A DNA stretch of 42,202 nucleotides, taken from assembly GCA_033762295.1 (NCBI GenBank), contig JANRLW010000096.1:1-42202 (forward strand), written 5' to 3'. This stretch comes from Capsulimonadales bacterium (GTDB taxonomy: Bacteria > Armatimonadota > Armatimonadia > Armatimonadales > Armatimonadaceae). Under the pieces are notes generated by a model, which saw only the letters and a list, made by a program, of their open reading frames with translations, was not told the origin of the DNA and ran no database searches. Both the position numbers and the translations under genes were made by a program. Below are positions 1 to 9,242 of the stretch, in pieces; positions within the stretch are counted from its first letter, which is position 1; each line of letters starts with the position of its first letter.

Positions 1-270
1 GCCGCCGTCGGCGCGGTCTCTCCGGAAGTGGCGCAGGCGATGGCGGAACGCGTTCGCGAACTGGCCGGGACCGATTTCGGCATCGGAATCACCGGCATCG
101 CCGGGCCGGGCGGCGGGACGTCCGAAAAGCCGGTCGGACTGGTGTATATCGCGCTGTCCTCCGCGCAGGGAGTACGGGCGGACAAGCATCTGTTTACCGG
201 CATTCGCGCCGATGTCCGCCTCCGTGCGACGCAGGCGGCGCTCGACCGGCTGCGCCGTGCGTTGCTGTAG
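1..270 (+). CDS. cinA: Competence/damage-inducible protein CinA, C-terminal PncC-like domain (5'-truncated by the window edge)
   Basis: Frame 1 is open from base 1: GAVSPEVAQAMA...GITGIAGPGGGTSEKPVGLVYIA, the CinA C-terminal motifs. It sits in the usual cinA-thpR-recA order. Confidence 0.92.
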   Translation, partial: AAVGAVSPEVAQAMAERVRELAGTDFGIGITGIAGPGGGTSEKPVGLVYIALSSAQGVRADKHLFTGIRADVRLRATQAALDRLRRALL

Positions 271-278
271 GAGGAGCG

Positions 279-923
279 ATGCGTCTGTTCGTCGCCGTAC
301 CGGTCACCGAGGAGATCAAAGACGCGTTGCGGACCGCGCAGGTTCACCTCGCCACCCTGGCCGAGGGAACCGGGGTTCGGGTCCGGTGGGTCGAACCGGA
401 GAACTACCATCTGACCGTGGCGTTTCTGGGGGAGCTAACGGAGAACGTCGTACCGGATCTGTCGGACGCCTGCGCGGCGATCGCCGCCGGGACGCCCGCT
501 TTCCGGGTGGCGATCGCCGGGCTGAGTGTCTTTCCGAAACCTCGCGGTAAAATGTCCTCCGAAATCAAGACGATCTGGGTGGGCCTGACCACCGGGTCGG
601 AGGCATGGCGGGAACTGGCGCGGCGGGCGGAACCCTGGTTCGTGCCGTTTGGCGCGGCGCGCGAAGGCGGTCTGGTGCCTCATATCACCCTCGGACGGGT
701 GAAGTCCGAGCGGAACGCGAGCAGCGGCGATCACGCGGCTCTGCGCGCCGCGCTCGAACGAGAATCGTCCGCGCCGTTCGGCTCCCAGATCGCCGACCGG
801 TTGACACTGATCGAAAGCAAACTGGACCCACGCGGGGCGACCTACCGGGAAATCAATCACTGGACATTCGGTCCGGCAGCGCCGGCCGACACCGAAACAG
901 AGGAATATCATGGCAGTAGATAA
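279..923 (+). CDS. thpR: RNA 2',3'-cyclic phosphodiesterase (2H phosphoesterase)
   Basis: MRLFVAV N-terminus and two HxT motifs ([16 protein letters not shown]). GGAGG RBS. Overlaps the recA start by 14 bp. Confidence 0.92.
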   Translation: MRLFVAVPVTEEIKDALRTAQVHLATLAEGTGVRVRWVEPENYHLTVAFLGELTENVVPDLSDACAAIAAGTPAFRVAIAGLSVFPKPRGKMSSEIKTIWVGLTTGSEAWRELARRAEPWFVPFGAAREGGLVPHITLGRVKSERNASSGDHAALRAALERESSAPFGSQIADRLTLIESKLDPRGATYREINHWTFGPAAPADTETEEYHGSR

Positions 924-1944
924 AGAGCGTGCGTTGGAGATGGCTCTCTCCCAGATCGAAAAGCAGTTCGGCAAGGGGTCGATCATGCGGCTGGGAGACC
1001 AGAACAAAGAGGCGGTGGAGGCGATTCCCACCGGTTCGCTGGCGCTGGACCTGGCGCTCGGCATACACGGCATTCCGCGGGGCCGAATCATCGAGATTTA
1101 TGGCGCGGAGTCCTCCGGAAAGACGACCATCGCCGCGCAGATTGTCGCTCAGGCGCAGAAGCTCGGTGGCGTCGCCGCCTACGTCGATGTCGAACATGCC
1201 ATCGATCCGGGATACTTCAAGAATATCGGCGTCGATATCGACAACCTGCTCGTCTCCCAGCCGACCACCGGCGAGGAGGCGCTCGAGGTGGTCGATGCGC
1301 TCGTCCGTTCCAACGCCATTTCGATCGTCGTTCTCGACTCGGTCGCCGCGCTCGTACCGAAAGCGGAGATCGAGGGCGAAATGGGCGACTCGCACGTCGG
1401 TCTGCAGGCCCGCCTGATGAGCCAGGCGCTCCGAAAGATCACGGGCTCGCTGAACCGCACCAACACCTCCGCCGTTTTCATCAACCAGTTGCGCGAAAAG
1501 ATCGGTGTCATGTTCGGCAACCCGGAAACGCAGCCGGGTGGACGCGCGCTGAAGTTCTACTCGTCGGTCCGTCTCGATGTCCGGCGGGTGGAAACGCTGA
1601 AAGCCGGAAACGACATGGTCGGTATTCGCACCCGCGTCTCCGTCGTCAAGAACAAGGTGGCCCCGCCGTTCAAAAAGGCCGAGTTCGATATCATGTTCGG
1701 CTCCGGCATCTCCCGCTCGGGTTCGATTCTGGACATCGGCACCGAACTCGGCTTTGTCAACAAATCCGGCGCGTTCTACTCCTACAAGGGCGAGCGGCTG
1801 GGCCAGGGACGGGAGAACGCCAAGCGGTACCTGGACGAGCGATCGGAGATGATGGACGCGATCGAAAACGAGATCAAGAATGGCGCGGTCACCAAGGACG
1901 CCATGACCCTCGGCACCTCGTCCCCGGCCGACGACGAGGAATAA
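910..1944 (+). CDS. recA: Recombinase RecA
   Basis: [12 protein letters not shown], Walker [46 protein letters not shown]. Confidence 0.99.
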   Translation: MAVDKERALEMALSQIEKQFGKGSIMRLGDQNKEAVEAIPTGSLALDLALGIHGIPRGRIIEIYGAESSGKTTIAAQIVAQAQKLGGVAAYVDVEHAIDPGYFKNIGVDIDNLLVSQPTTGEEALEVVDALVRSNAISIVVLDSVAALVPKAEIEGEMGDSHVGLQARLMSQALRKITGSLNRTNTSAVFINQLREKIGVMFGNPETQPGGRALKFYSSVRLDVRRVETLKAGNDMVGIRTRVSVVKNKVAPPFKKAEFDIMFGSGISRSGSILDIGTELGFVNKSGAFYSYKGERLGQGRENAKRYLDERSEMMDAIENEIKNGAVTKDAMTLGTSSPADDEE

Positions 1945-1951
1945 AACCACA

Positions 1952-1995
1952 AACGGTTCCCTGCGCCCACCCCGGTTCCGGCGCAGGGAACCGTT
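1952..1995. terminator. Hairpin between convergent recA and ykgJ-like genes (probable terminator)
   Basis: Perfect 16-bp inverted repeat AACGGTTCCCTGCGCC / GGCGCAGGGAACCGTT with a 12-nt loop, starting 7 bp after the recA stop. Confidence 0.75.
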
Positions 1996-2016
1996 CAAAA
2001 CATCCCGAAAAAATCG

Positions 2017-2541
2017 CTAACGACGAAAACGAGGGAAGCGTTTTTTCAACGCCTGCCAGACATTGAAAACGATCGGGCAGGTTTCGCAGTTCTCGACCAT
2101 CGTGATCGTCCGATGGCGGAAGCGATCCTCGTGCAGGTACGGGAAATCACGGCAGGCCTGCGGACGGTCCTCATAGACCGAGCAGGCGTTTCCCTCCCCC
2201 AGGAACGGACAGGGGGTCGCCTGAAAATACTTCGTTCGATCCTCGGCCACCGCCACATACTTCCGGGCGAACTCTTTCTCGGTGATTCCGAGACGTCTCG
2301 CCAGTCGCCGCACATCCTTCTCGTCGACCACGATTTGAAGGGTGCGGCAGCAGTTCCCGCAGGTCAGGCAATCGATTTTCGACCAGACATCATCGGTGGT
2401 CTCCCGGACGATCGCATCCAGTTCCGCGTTGGACAGGTCCAGACGCAGTTTGAGAAACCCGGCGAAACGGGCGTCCTCCGCTTCGTTATGCCGGGCGTAT
2501 CGTCGGATACGCGGAATCTCCCGGATCAGGTCATCGGCCAT
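2017..2541 (-). CDS. YkgJ/UPF0153 family cysteine-cluster (CxxCxxCC) protein
   Basis: DCLTCGNCCR, PCPFL...CSVYEDRPQACRDFP, CPIV. Confidence 0.88.
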   Translation of the reverse strand: MADDLIREIPRIRRYARHNEAEDARFAGFLKLRLDLSNAELDAIVRETTDDVWSKIDCLTCGNCCRTLQIVVDEKDVRRLARRLGITEKEFARKYVAVAEDRTKYFQATPCPFLGEGNACSVYEDRPQACRDFPYLHEDRFRHRTITMVENCETCPIVFNVWQALKKRFPRFRR

Positions 2542-2591
2542 GCTCCTTATATATCAGGTCGCCGGGCGCGGCAGGAGAAAGATTTCCGCCC

Positions 2592-4748
2592 TTGGAACTT
2601 AGCGTCGTGAACACTTCTCGTCGCTCCGGCGCGGCCGCCGCTCTGATTCTGGCCTGCGCCGTCGTTTCCCCGGCGCAGACCGGGTCCGCGCCGTCATCCC
2701 AACCGTCACGATCGGGTTCGAAAATGACCATCCCCGCTCTTCCGTCGCTCCGCCTCCCGGCGGTCCCGCTGATTGCCCACGACCCCTATTTCAGCGTCTG
2801 GTCGACCGCGAACCGGCTTCCGGACGACTGGCCGCGTCACTGGACCGGCGCGGTCAACGCGCTTTGCGGCCTGATCCGGATCGACAACCGGCCCTATCGT
2901 TTCAGCGGCGGCACCGACCTCGCGCCCGCCCTGAATCAAACGAGCACGGTCGTCCTGCCGACGCGCACCGTCTGCACGTTCGAACAGGACGGGGTTCGCC
3001 TGACCCTGACGTTCCTGACGCCCGCGCTTCCTGACGATCTCGACCTGCTGTCGCGCCCGGTCACCTACCTCCGCTTCGAGACGGAGTCGATCGACGGCAA
3101 ACCGCACACGGTCTCGGCGTACGTCGATGTTACCGGCGAATGGGTGACCGATCGCCCGAACCAGTCGGTGGAATGGTCCCGGTACCGGTCGGATTCGCTC
3201 GACATTCTGCGCATCGGCGCGTCCGAGCAGCGACCGCTGAACCGCTCCGGCGATGACCTTCGCATCGACTGGGGCCATCTCTACCTGGCCGTGCCCCGTA
3301 CTCCGGAAACCCGGACGGCGATGGCTTCCGATCAGACATGCCGGAATATGTTCGTCCGTCAGGGCGAGTTGCCGTCCGGGGACGATCTTCGCATGCCCCG
3401 TCGGGCGTCCGATGGCTGGCCGGTGCTGGCGACCCTTCTGCCGATCGGCACGGTGCCGCCGGGCCGTACCGATGTGCGGACGGTGATGCTCGGGTACGAT
3501 GATCGGCTGGCGATCGAGTATCATCGTCGCCCGCTGCCCGCGTACTGGAAACGGGCCGGCAAGGATGTCGGCGATCTTCTACAGGAAGCATGGAGCCGGT
3601 ACGAGACGCTTCGGGAACGGTCGGCGCGGTTCGACGCTCAACTGGTGGCGGATGCCGAAAAGGCAGGCGGACCCAGGTACGCGGCGCTCTGCGCCGCCTC
3701 CTACCGCCAGTGCCTCGCGGCTCACAAACTCGTGGCGGACGCGGACGGGACGCCGCTCTACTTCAGCAAGGAAAACTTCTCCAACGGCTGTATCGCCACC
3801 GTGGACGTGACCTATCCGTCCGCACCGCTCTTTCTGCTGGTCAACCCGACCCTGCTCAAGGGGATGCTGACGCCGATCCTCGATTACGCTCGCTCGCCTC
3901 GCTGGCGGTTCCCGTTTGCGCCGCACGATCTCGGCCAGTATCCTCTCGCCAACGGCCAGGTCTACGGCGGCGGCGAACGTACGGAACAGGACCAGATGCC
4001 GGTCGAGGAGTGCGGCAATATGCTGATCCTCGTCTCCGCGCTGACGCTCCTGCACAACGACGCCGACTACCTGAAAAAGTACTACCCCACCCTGACACAG
4101 TGGGCGGATTACCTGATGGAGCACGGGTATGATCCGGCCAACCAGCTCTGCACCGACGACTTCGCCGGTCATCTCGCGCATAACACGAACCTGTCGCTGA
4201 AAGCGATCGTCGCTCTGGGCGCGTTCGCGAAAGCCGCCGCGCAGGCCGGACATCCGGAGGCGAAAAAGTACGGCGACGCGGCGGCGGAACGGGCGATCCG
4301 CTGGACGAAAGACGCGAACGACGGCGACCATTTCCGTCTGACCTTCGACGGACCCGGCACCTGGAGCCAGAAGTATAATCTCGTCTGGGATTCGCTGCTC
4401 GAATTGCATCTTTTCCCGGCGGAAGTGGCGAAGAAGGAGCTGGCGTTCTACCGCCGGCAACAGAAAAAGTACGGCCTTCCGCTCGACAACCGGCGCACCT
4501 ACACGAAACTCGATTGGATTCTCTGGTCCGCCTGTCTGACCGGCGAACGCTCGGACTTCGACGCCCTGATGGACCCGGTCTTTGTCTGGATGAATGAAAC
4601 ACCGTCCCGCGTGCCCCTGACCGACTGGTACGAAACGACGGACGGCAAGCAGGTCGGCTTTCAGGCCCGTTCGGTCGTCGGCGGCGTCTTCCTGAGGATG
4701 CTCTACGACCCGACGTTGCGCGAAAAATACCGGAAGACCTCCCGCTAA
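2592..4748 (+). CDS. GtaA/'glutaminase'-like DUF5127-DUF4965-DUF1793 protein, probably secreted (start codon uncertain)
   Basis: PAVPLIAHDPYFSVWS, KENFSNGCIATVDVTYPSAP, PHDLGQYP, MPVEECGNM, QLCTDDFAGHLAHNTNLSLKA, WSQKYNLVWD, FQARSVVGG. Hydrophobic signal-like N-terminus. Confidence 0.85.
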   Translation: MELSVVNTSRRSGAAAALILACAVVSPAQTGSAPSSQPSRSGSKMTIPALPSLRLPAVPLIAHDPYFSVWSTANRLPDDWPRHWTGAVNALCGLIRIDNRPYRFSGGTDLAPALNQTSTVVLPTRTVCTFEQDGVRLTLTFLTPALPDDLDLLSRPVTYLRFETESIDGKPHTVSAYVDVTGEWVTDRPNQSVEWSRYRSDSLDILRIGASEQRPLNRSGDDLRIDWGHLYLAVPRTPETRTAMASDQTCRNMFVRQGELPSGDDLRMPRRASDGWPVLATLLPIGTVPPGRTDVRTVMLGYDDRLAIEYHRRPLPAYWKRAGKDVGDLLQEAWSRYETLRERSARFDAQLVADAEKAGGPRYAALCAASYRQCLAAHKLVADADGTPLYFSKENFSNGCIATVDVTYPSAPLFLLVNPTLLKGMLTPILDYARSPRWRFPFAPHDLGQYPLANGQVYGGGERTEQDQMPVEECGNMLILVSALTLLHNDADYLKKYYPTLTQWADYLMEHGYDPANQLCTDDFAGHLAHNTNLSLKAIVALGAFAKAAAQAGHPEAKKYGDAAAERAIRWTKDANDGDHFRLTFDGPGTWSQKYNLVWDSLLELHLFPAEVAKKELAFYRRQQKKYGLPLDNRRTYTKLDWILWSACLTGERSDFDALMDPVFVWMNETPSRVPLTDWYETTDGKQVGFQARSVVGGVFLRMLYDPTLREKYRKTSR

Positions 4749-4771
4749 GGAATCCGCGGCAACGCCGGAAA

Positions 4772-4804
4772 CTCCGACCTCGATCTTCTTTATCGAGGTC
4801 GGAG
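4772..4804. terminator. Hairpin between convergent genes
   Basis: 13-bp perfect inverted repeat CTCCGACCTCGAT / ATCGAGGTCGGAG with a 7-nt loop, overlapping the IMPase stop. Confidence 0.6.
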
Positions 4805-5581
4805 ACGTTCCCGGACGAAGGCCAGCGTCTCCGGCGGCGCGGTCAGCAGGATGTCGCGGCGATACTCTCCGGAGAGCATACGCGACGGCGTCCAGGCCGG
4901 ACCGGAATGCCACTCGATGGCCGCCCCGAGTTCACGGCACATCGCCATCCCTGCCGCCACATCGTACAGGGAGGTCCCGATGCTCTGGCAGCCTTTCAGC
5001 AGGCCGGCCGCCGTGTAGGCCAGTTCCAGCGCCGCCGATCCCTGCACGCGCAGACGGCAGGGTAAACGCTGAAAGTCGACCTCACGCGCCGACGCCGAGC
5101 AGATCCCGTAAGTATCCTCCCAGGTCAATGGTCGCCCCGCGCCGACCGGCGCCAGCGGTCGTCCGTTCAGGGTTACCCCCAGACCTTCGCCCCCCAGAAA
5201 GGTCTGCCCCATGGTCGGCGCGACGATCACTCCCAGCCTCGGCACATCGTCGACGATCAGGCCGACGGAAACGCACCAGAACGGCAGTCCGTTGGCCAGA
5301 TTGACCGTCCCATCGACCGGATCGATCGCCCAGAGCGGCACGTCGGCGGACCGGGCATCGTACCCGTACTCCTCCCCGAGAACGGCATGTTCCGGGAATC
5401 GTTCCCCGATCGCCGCCCGCAGGAACCGTTCGGTAGCGCGGTCGATTTCGGTGACAATCGTGCCATCCGCTTTGAACTCCGCTTTCGGACCCGATGCCAG
5501 CATGGCCGCCGCCCGGGTCGCCGCCTCCGTCGCCTGTCGCGCGACCCAGTCGCAGAGTTCCTCGGTTACCCAACTGTTCAT
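4790..5581 (-). CDS. Inositol monophosphatase (SuhB/HisN-like) family protein
   Basis: KADGTIVTEID, LGEE, IDPVDGT, GSAALELAY, YDVAAG. Start placed at ATG 5581. The longer ORF to 6244 overlaps the real gene on the opposite strand. Confidence 0.9.
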   Translation of the reverse strand: MNSWVTEELCDWVARQATEAATRAAAMLASGPKAEFKADGTIVTEIDRATERFLRAAIGERFPEHAVLGEEYGYDARSADVPLWAIDPVDGTVNLANGLPFWCVSVGLIVDDVPRLGVIVAPTMGQTFLGGEGLGVTLNGRPLAPVGAGRPLTWEDTYGICSASAREVDFQRLPCRLRVQGSAALELAYTAAGLLKGCQSIGTSLYDVAAGMAMCRELGAAIEWHSGPAWTPSRMLSGEYRRDILLTAPPETLAFVRERLRPR

Positions 5582-5629
5582 GCTTGTTTTCCTTTCGGCG
5601 TCGCGCAGCCGATATAATGCGGAGATTCC

Positions 5630-6448
5630 ATGATTTCCGATCTCCGTCGCGACCTGCTGGTCACTACCGCGCTCAACCCGGTTCCCGCTCTGGTCGAGCG
5701 GGCCCTCTCGCTGGCCACCGAACTGAACGCGTCCTTTTTTCCCCGCAACGGCCTGAGCATGCCGCGCCTGTTCGAGGCCAATCCCGACGCCCGACGCGTT
5801 CTGGTCGTGCGGGCGGACCGACTGACCCTGCGAGACCCGGCGGACAACGAACTGTTCTACCACCCCAACCTGTCCTTCCTGCGTCTCGGTAATCTCCTTC
5901 GGGGCGGCAATGACCTGCTTCCGGAGGCCGCGGACCTGCGCCCCGGCGATTCCGTCCTGGATGCGACGCTCGGTTACGCGGCGGAGGCGATCCTCTGCGC
6001 CCATGTCGTCGGCCCCTCCGGCGAGGTACACGGCGTGGAAGCGGTCCCGGAACTCGGGGTTCTGGTTCGGGAAGGGCTGCAAACGGTGACCACCGATCTG
6101 ATTCCCCTGAACGAGGCGATGCGCCGCATCCGGGTCGTACATATGGGGCATCATCTGGATTACCTTCGCGCCTGCCCGGACGACCGCTACGATGTCCTCT
6201 GTTTCGATCCGTTCTTCGAGAGGGTGCTGGAGGGATCGGAGCATATGATGGAACCGCTTCGACGCTTCGGTGATACCTCGCCGCTCCTGCCGGAAACGAT
6301 CGCCGAAGCACGTCGTGTGGCCCGCCGCCGTATCGTCGTCAAGGCCCCCCGTAGCTCCTCCGTCCTCGCCGACCTGGGGTTTACCGAGACGGTAGGTTCC
6401 CGCAAGGGCCGCGTCGTTTACGGGATTGTATGCCGGGACCGGGACTGA
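5630..6448 (+). CDS. Class I SAM-dependent methyltransferase, RsmJ/YpiP-like
   Basis: LFYHPNL, VLDATLGYAAEA (motif I), YDVLCFDPFF, ARRVARRRIVVK. Confidence 0.82.
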   Translation: MISDLRRDLLVTTALNPVPALVERALSLATELNASFFPRNGLSMPRLFEANPDARRVLVVRADRLTLRDPADNELFYHPNLSFLRLGNLLRGGNDLLPEAADLRPGDSVLDATLGYAAEAILCAHVVGPSGEVHGVEAVPELGVLVREGLQTVTTDLIPLNEAMRRIRVVHMGHHLDYLRACPDDRYDVLCFDPFFERVLEGSEHMMEPLRRFGDTSPLLPETIAEARRVARRRIVVKAPRSSSVLADLGFTETVGSRKGRVVYGIVCRDRD

Positions 6449-6533
6449 ACCGGGACGGATCGTGCTTCCCCCGTTCCGTATCGTCCCCTATTTCAGGAAT
6501 ATTTTCGCCGCGTCACATTTTTCCGTAACCAAT

Positions 6534-6559
6534 GGAACGGTGACGGTGACAATAAGTTG
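6534..6559 (+). promoter_or_regulatory. Candidate ECF-type promoter (GGAAC-N17-GTTG)
   Basis: GGAAC at 6534-6538, a 17-nt spacer, and GTTG at 6556-6559, about 75 bp upstream of the ECF sigma ATG. Confidence 0.4.
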
Positions 6560-6634
6560 ACGATTCCCTCGGGCTTGATACACGAATACGAAACGCCGCT
6601 CTGCACCTGGCGAAAAAGAGAACAAACCCGAACC

Positions 6635-7867
6635 ATGACGGTGAAGCCCGCGACCGATGATCGCATCCCGCGACACTGGATGCATGACCTGCCGAATGAG
6701 CGACCTCGTTTGGTCCGCCTGTGCGCGCGTCTGACCGGGAGCTATGACGCCGCGGAGGACCTGGCCCAGGAGACTCTGCTGGAGGCCTGGCGTCTGGCCG
6801 GAAACCTGCGGGACGACACGGCGTGGCGTTCCTTTGTTTCGGGGATTGCCCGCAACCTCTGCCTGAGATGGCAGCGGAAACAGGGCGAGGAAGGCGTTCA
6901 TCGCGCCCCCTCGTCCGTTATTTTTCATTCCGGAGCCGATTTTACCGGTTCCGCCGAGATCGAACCGGCCGACCCGATCGATCTCGCCTACCAGTTCGAA
7001 CGGCGGGCGCTGACGGCGCTTCTGGACCGGGCGCTCTATCAGCTTCCCCTGCCCTCACGGACGTTGCTGGTCGAACGCTACATGGACGAGCTTCCACAGG
7101 CCGAAATGGCGGAGAAACGGGGATTGACGGAGAACGCACTGGGGGTGCGACTGCACCGGGCCAAGGAACACCTGCACCGGTTGCTGAGCGCTCCCCCCTA
7201 CCGGGAGGAGGCGGCCGACTTCGGCCTCCTCGCTCCGGATCGCCTTCTCGGCTGGCAGGAAACCCGGCTCTGGTGTCCCCGCTGCGGCCAGCGTCATCTG
7301 CTCGGGCGTTTCGATACCGATGCGCACGGTCAACCCGAGTTTGCCCTCCGCTGTCCCGACTGCGACTACGCTCTCGGACAGGATTTCACCAGCCGGCACG
7401 CCTCCCTGCCCACCCGCGAGGTGCTGCAGGGAATCCGCGGGTTCAAGCCGGCTCTTAACCGGATCAGCGCCTGGTGGCACGGCTATTTCGAACAGGGACG
7501 GGCGCGCGGATACGCCGATTGCCCGTTCTGCGGCCATCAGGCATCCTTCCTCACGTCGCCGCCGCTCGGGACCGATCCGCGACTCGCCGGACTGAGCGGC
7601 CTGTTTATCGTCTGTTCCCGCTGTCATCGCCTCTCCTGCCTGACGGCCAGCGGGATGGCGTTCCATACCCCGGCGGTACGCCGGTTCTGGCGCGAATACC
7701 CGCGCCTTCAGTTGCTGGCGGAGACGCCCGTACGCTTCGAGAACACCGAAGCCGTGCAGGTCACTTTCCGCAGCGTCACCGGCAGCGCGGTCCTGGAAGC
7801 CGTGCTGTCGCGCACGACGTTCGAAACGCTCAGCGTTCGTACGTCCTCATCTCCGACGGAGCGTTAA
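6635..7867 (+). CDS. ECF RNA polymerase sigma factor with a long C-terminal Cys-rich (four CxxC) extension
   Basis: Region 2: AAEDLAQETLLEAWR...IARNLCLRWQR. Region 4: ALYQLP...PQAEMAEKRGLTENALGVRLHRAKEHL. Then CPRC, CPDC, CPFC, CSRC. Start at ATG 6635 (6557 TTG or a later ATG are possible). Confidence 0.88.
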   Translation: MTVKPATDDRIPRHWMHDLPNERPRLVRLCARLTGSYDAAEDLAQETLLEAWRLAGNLRDDTAWRSFVSGIARNLCLRWQRKQGEEGVHRAPSSVIFHSGADFTGSAEIEPADPIDLAYQFERRALTALLDRALYQLPLPSRTLLVERYMDELPQAEMAEKRGLTENALGVRLHRAKEHLHRLLSAPPYREEAADFGLLAPDRLLGWQETRLWCPRCGQRHLLGRFDTDAHGQPEFALRCPDCDYALGQDFTSRHASLPTREVLQGIRGFKPALNRISAWWHGYFEQGRARGYADCPFCGHQASFLTSPPLGTDPRLAGLSGLFIVCSRCHRLSCLTASGMAFHTPAVRRFWREYPRLQLLAETPVRFENTEAVQVTFRSVTGSAVLEAVLSRTTFETLSVRTSSSPTER

Positions 7868-7907
7868 GTTCCGTCGAATCGAAATCAAGGAGTCTTAAGG
7901 AGCCCGT

Positions 7908-8894
7908 ATGTCAAATATGTCAGACCGGTTGTCGCTACCCGTCCCTCGCCGACGCGCCGTCCGCACGCACGCGCGGATCGCCCTTCGTCGCGCGTCGGGG
8001 TTCACGCTGATCGAGTTGCTCGTGGTTATCGCCATTATCGCCATTCTTGCCGCCATTCTTTTCCCGGTTTTCGCCCAGGCCCGTGAAAAAGCCCGACAGA
8101 CGTCGTGTCTTTCCAACATGAAGCAGGTCGGCATCAGCATCCTGATGTATGCCGCCGATTACGATGACCGTTTCCCGTTTACGTTCGGATACCGGGCGTC
8201 CACAGGGGAATGGACCTGGCTGGACTATATCGCTGTCCCGCCCGACTGGCGCGCCGGTTCGTCCGCCGCCTACATCGCGCGTCAGCAACTGGCCTTCCCG
8301 AACAGCACACATCCCTATACCAAAAGCTGGGACATCCTGACCTGCCCGTCCTCGCCGTCGCTCTCGCTGGCGCGGTACGGTCTGGACTACACGAACGCCC
8401 CGAAGGCACCGGTCGCCGTTTCGTACGTGATGAATGGCTCACTGCACACGCTGTCCGAGGTGGCAATCGCCTACCCGAGCCAGCTTGGCCTGCTCTGGGA
8501 GGGCAACGGCAAGGCGGCCCCGCTCGGGCTGACCTCCAACGCGCCGACCATCCGATGCAATGTCCCGAACGCCGCCTGCGCCTGGACGCGGGCCGCGGAC
8601 TGTTCGCCGAACCGCAACGGGGAAACGATGTCCCATCCCAATAACCTCAACGGCCTGAAAACCTGGGGAAGCGTCTGGGTTCACCAGAAAGTCATGAATA
8701 TGTGCCTGACGGACGGTCATGTTCGCGCCTATAAACTGGGAACCGCCACCGCGCCGACGGTGACGGCGGGCTACTACACGCAGAACGATCCGTTCCCCTA
8801 CTACGACGCGAACGGTCTTCCCAACTCCAACTTCGTCTGGAGCGACGGGTGTCACTACGCGCCGTTCGTCCCGGATTATGACTTCACACCGTAG
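7908..8894 (+). CDS. Prepilin-type N-terminal cleavage/methylation protein with DUF1559 region and H-X9-DG motif
   Basis: [44 protein letters not shown] and [22 protein letters not shown]. Confidence 0.92.
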   Translation: MSNMSDRLSLPVPRRRAVRTHARIALRRASGFTLIELLVVIAIIAILAAILFPVFAQAREKARQTSCLSNMKQVGISILMYAADYDDRFPFTFGYRASTGEWTWLDYIAVPPDWRAGSSAAYIARQQLAFPNSTHPYTKSWDILTCPSSPSLSLARYGLDYTNAPKAPVAVSYVMNGSLHTLSEVAIAYPSQLGLLWEGNGKAAPLGLTSNAPTIRCNVPNAACAWTRAADCSPNRNGETMSHPNNLNGLKTWGSVWVHQKVMNMCLTDGHVRAYKLGTATAPTVTAGYYTQNDPFPYYDANGLPNSNFVWSDGCHYAPFVPDYDFTP

Positions 8895-8907
8895 GAGGGA
8901 GACACCG

Positions 8908-9159
8908 ATGAATCGGGAAATGCCACCGGCCGCGATTCTGGGCGCGGCGGTGATCGTCTTTCTGGCGCTGGTCGGCGCGGTCTATATGTTCTTTCTTCGC
9001 CCGGCGTCGATTCCGGAGGGAAAGATCGATCCGACGTTGCCGCCGCCGCAGGTACAGGCGAACGGACGCTCGCGGTTCGGTCCCCGGCTCGATGCGACCG
9101 GGCAGACCGCCCCGCCGTCTACGGAAAAGGCCGTCCTCTCCGCTCCGAGCGGCGATTGA
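8908..9159 (+). CDS. Small single-pass membrane protein (83 aa) with a Pro-rich tail
   Basis: GGAGG RBS. Starts 13 bp after the pilin-like stop. TM segment AAILGAAVIVFLALVGAVYMFFL. Confidence 0.7.
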   Translation: MNREMPPAAILGAAVIVFLALVGAVYMFFLRPASIPEGKIDPTLPPPQVQANGRSRFGPRLDATGQTAPPSTEKAVLSAPSGD

Positions 9160-9167
9160 TCGATTCC

Positions 9168-9201
9168 ACGCCTTTGCCGAATCCGGATTCGGCAAAGGCG
9201 T
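9168..9201. terminator. Perfect 34-bp palindrome between convergent genes (probable bidirectional terminator)
   Basis: ACGCCTTTGCCGAATCC|GGATTCGGCAAAGGCGT followed by CTCTTT. Confidence 0.7.
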
Positions 9202-9209
9202 CTCTTTCC

Positions 9210-9242
9210 ACCGCCTCTACCGCCTCTACCGCCTCTACCGCT
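9210..9242. repeat. 9-bp tandem repeat (ACCGCCTCT x3 plus a partial copy) spanning the larA-like stop codon
   Basis: The minus strand reads CGG TAG AGG CGG TAG AGG CGG TAG AGG CGG TGG. Confidence 0.9.

Noticed and set aside
1..910. SOS/LexA box for recA
   Set aside because: recA is internal to the cinA-thpR-recA operon, whose promoter is outside the window. No recognisable box was seen.
853..1998. Long antisense ORFs, e.g. 853-1998 (-), 3579-4913 (-), 14273-15589 (+), 31450-33267 (-), 33760-35808 (-)
   Set aside because: They are shadows of well-supported genes on the opposite strand. This is expected in high-GC DNA, and they carry no family motifs.
5582..6244. N-terminal 220-aa extension of the IMPase ORF
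   Set aside because: It lies antisense to the methyltransferase. The IMPase domain starts at ATG 5581.
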